A stretch of DNA of 64,000 nucleotides. Origin: a bacterium. GTDB taxonomy: Bacteria > UBA8248. The position numbers and the translations under genes are program-made. Location of the stretch: NCBI GenBank assembly GCA_965203325.1, contig OZ241875.1, positions 1,024,001 through 1,088,000 on the forward strand. Reading direction: 5' to 3'. Of the stretch, positions 61,607 through 64,000 are shown in pieces. The stretch's first letter is position 1, and every line of letters starts with the position of its first letter. The notes under the pieces were generated by a model. It did no database searches, was not told where the DNA came from, and was given only the letters and a program-made list of their open reading frames with translations.

Positions 61607-63895
61607 TTGATGATCTCCGCAAAATGCGGAGGGACGCTTCGAAAATTCGCCTTCCCCAAGAGGATCGCCCCGTTGTTGCCCCGTTCCGGACGCGGAAAAA
61701 CAACCCTGCTGATACTATGCGCCCTGGCTATTGCATGCGGCATGGGTGTCGGCGCGAGCTTTACCTATCTATACGATTTCCCCGAACTCGATCGTCTCCA
61801 CAACTACAAACCCAACACCATCACGCGCATTTACGCCCGCGGAGGCGAACTACTTGCGGAATTGTACCAGGAGAGAAGAAAGCCCATCCCCTTGAAGCAA
61901 ATCCCCACAACACTGCAGCAAGCGTTCCTGGCCATCGAAGACAGCCGCTTCTATGACCACCCGGGCGTCAGCTATCCCGATATTTTCCGGGCGTTCATCA
62001 AAAACCTGAGTGCGGGCCAATTCGTGCAGGGCGGCAGCACCATTACCCAGCAGTTGGCGAAAGTCCTCTTCTTGACGCCCGAGAGAAAACTCAAGCGGAA
62101 AATCCGGGAAGCCCTCCTGGCCCTGGAGATCGAGCGGCGCTTCACGAAAGATGAAATACTCGAATTCTACATGAATCAAATCTACCTCGGCAGCGGGGCG
62201 TACGGAGTGCAGGCGGCGGCCCAGGTGTATTTCGGAAAGACGGTCGCACAACTCACGCTGGCCGAATCCGCCATGATCGCGGGGCTGCCCAAGGCGCCCA
62301 CGCGTTTCAACCCCAGAACCAATCCCGAAAAAGCCCTGAATCGACGCAACCTGGTCATCAACAGAATGCGGGTATCGGGCTTCATCACGGAAGAGCAGGC
62401 GAAAACCACCCGCGAAGCGCCTATCGAAGTGATCCCCCGGACAGCCAATATTGTACCCGAAGCGGCCTACTTCATCGAAAAAACACGCTTGGGCCTGAGC
62501 CGCAGATTCGGGCAATCCCTTTACAAAAGCGGTCTGCAAATCCATACGACGGTCGATATCGGCTTGCAGAAGATTGCCCACGAAGCGCTCTTGAACGGGA
62601 TCGGGAAGATTAACAAGAAGCGCGGATTCAAGAGTCCAGGAGAGAAAATCAAGAGGCCGCCGCGTTTGGGGGACAGGTTCCAATTCCACACTCTGGACAT
62701 CGCGGGCAACGTGGTGAGCGGAATCATCGGGGATTACGAGGCGGAGATGCCTCTACCCAAACACATCGACCCCAAAAGGCTCCGGGAAGGCGACCTGCTT
62801 CTGGGGCGCGTGGTCAAGGTGGACCGCGCCTCGAAAAAACTCTTCCTGGATTGGCAGGAGACCGTGCAAGGCGCCGTCATCGCGTTCGACTCCAAAACCG
62901 GAGCGCTCCGCGCCCTGACGGGTGGAACCAACTTCCGCCGCTTCCCGTTCAACCGCGCCACGCAGGCGCGGCGCCAGCCGGGTTCGGCTTTCAAGCCCAT
63001 CGTCATGGGGACGGCCCTGTCCCAGGGCTATACGCCCACGCACATTCTCATGGATACCCCCTTCGTCCGCCGGATGCCGGGAACGCGCAAGGACTGGAAA
63101 CCCAGAAACTACACCAACAAGTTCTACGGCCCCGTCACGATGAGAAGGGCTCTCGAGTCTTCACTCAACCTGGCCACCATCAAGCTGCTCGACCAAATGG
63201 GCCCGAAAAAAGCGATCACGTTCGCGCATCGGCTCGGCATCCAATCGAAAATGAGTCCGTATCTTTCGCTCGCGCTCGGCTCCATCGAGGTGTCGCCATA
63301 CCAGTTCACGGCTTCCTACATTCCGTTCGCGGCGCGGGGCGTGTATGCGCGGCCCTACGAGATCATGAAAGTCACCGACGGGAGAAACCGGGTGCTGGAA
63401 GACAACGTTCCCACGACGCACCTCGCCATCGCGCCCGAGACGGCCTATCAAATGAAAATGCTGCTGCGCGGCGTCGTCACGAACGGAACCGGGAAAAAAG
63501 CCAAAGATATCGGCGCGTTTCTGGCCGGAAAAACCGGCACCACGAACGAATTCAGGGACGCCTGGTTCATCGGTTTCTCCGAAGACCTCGTGCTGGGCGT
63601 ATGGGTGGGCCGCGACGACAACAAGCATATGGGCTACCGGGCTTCGGGCGGAAGCGCGGCCCTGCCCATCTGGGTCGAGGCGATGAAAGGCTGGCTCGAA
63701 GGCAGGGAATCGGAAGTTCGCACTCCCGAACCGCCGCCGGGCATCACCCTGGTGCAGGTGGATTCGCGCTCCGGTCAACTGCCCTCGGCCTGGTGCGAGG
63801 GGGAGCCGATAACGGAAGCCTTTGTGGAGGGGACGGAACCTTCGGAGCCTTGCGCCCGAAAATCCCGCCTGCCGGCGATACTGAGCGGCGGTTAA
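61607..63895 (+). CDS. mrcA: Penicillin-binding protein 1A (class A bifunctional)
   Basis: EDSRFYDH, GGSTITQQLAK, RKIRE, RQPGSAFKP, SLN, GKTGTTN; start uncertain. Confidence 0.9.
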   Translation: MMISAKCGGTLRKFAFPKRIAPLLPRSGRGKTTLLILCALAIACGMGVGASFTYLYDFPELDRLHNYKPNTITRIYARGGELLAELYQERRKPIPLKQIPTTLQQAFLAIEDSRFYDHPGVSYPDIFRAFIKNLSAGQFVQGGSTITQQLAKVLFLTPERKLKRKIREALLALEIERRFTKDEILEFYMNQIYLGSGAYGVQAAAQVYFGKTVAQLTLAESAMIAGLPKAPTRFNPRTNPEKALNRRNLVINRMRVSGFITEEQAKTTREAPIEVIPRTANIVPEAAYFIEKTRLGLSRRFGQSLYKSGLQIHTTVDIGLQKIAHEALLNGIGKINKKRGFKSPGEKIKRPPRLGDRFQFHTLDIAGNVVSGIIGDYEAEMPLPKHIDPKRLREGDLLLGRVVKVDRASKKLFLDWQETVQGAVIAFDSKTGALRALTGGTNFRRFPFNRATQARRQPGSAFKPIVMGTALSQGYTPTHILMDTPFVRRMPGTRKDWKPRNYTNKFYGPVTMRRALESSLNLATIKLLDQMGPKKAITFAHRLGIQSKMSPYLSLALGSIEVSPYQFTASYIPFAARGVYARPYEIMKVTDGRNRVLEDNVPTTHLAIAPETAYQMKMLLRGVVTNGTGKKAKDIGAFLAGKTGTTNEFRDAWFIGFSEDLVLGVWVGRDDNKHMGYRASGGSAALPIWVEAMKGWLEGRESEVRTPEPPPGITLVQVDSRSGQLPSAWCEGEPITEAFVEGTEPSEPCARKSRLPAILSGG

Positions 63896-64000
63896 GACGC
63901 AGACGCGCCGGTGGGGTGTGAATTCCGAGTGAGAAGGGGGTTTTTCAACAACCCCGTATCATGAAAATTGAAACATATCGACGACATGGCCTTTCACCCT

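Noticed and set aside
63961..64000. Possible start of next gene (MKIETYRRHGLSP...)
   Set aside because: Too short at the window edge to support a call.

Overview
Bacterial (diderm) chromosomal segment with three parts. (1) 1-~7.2 kb is a visibly GC-richer accessory island. It holds a truncated lipoprotein gene, a 1694-aa Fn3/cadherin-like/Calx-beta/Ig autotransporter adhesin, two decayed fragments of a Cre-like tyrosine recombinase and a triple-HTH (excisionase-like) protein. Between the adhesin and the recombinase remnant lies a ~185-bp segment carrying a sigma70-type promoter, flanked by two oppositely oriented loxP/dif-style sites (24-bp inverted repeat, 22/24 identical). This is a candidate Cre/lox-like invertible promoter for adhesin phase variation, currently pointing away from the adhesin. 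A highly base-paired non-coding block (~7345-7680) follows. (2) ~8-23 kb is a catabolic/redox cluster: VOC, intradiol dioxygenase-like, CCG Fe-S protein, TcuA-like flavoprotein, an OsmC-family protein with an in-frame UGA and SECIS-like hairpin (probable selenoprotein split by the ORF caller), two D-2-hydroxyacid dehydrogenases, a TIP-like aquaporin, an ABC transporter, MFS and amidohydrolase. (3) ~23-64 kb is housekeeping: dapA, D,D-carboxypeptidase, LPS core/lipid A/Lpt genes, bamA, clpC, lolCDE, lysS, prfB (with +1 frameshift), lnt, uvrC, uvrB, HNH and PBP1A. Gene order and adhesin type suggest a Nitrospinota/Tectomicrobia-like, possibly sponge-associated organism; this is inference only. 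All family assignments come from motif recognition by eye, and no searches were run.
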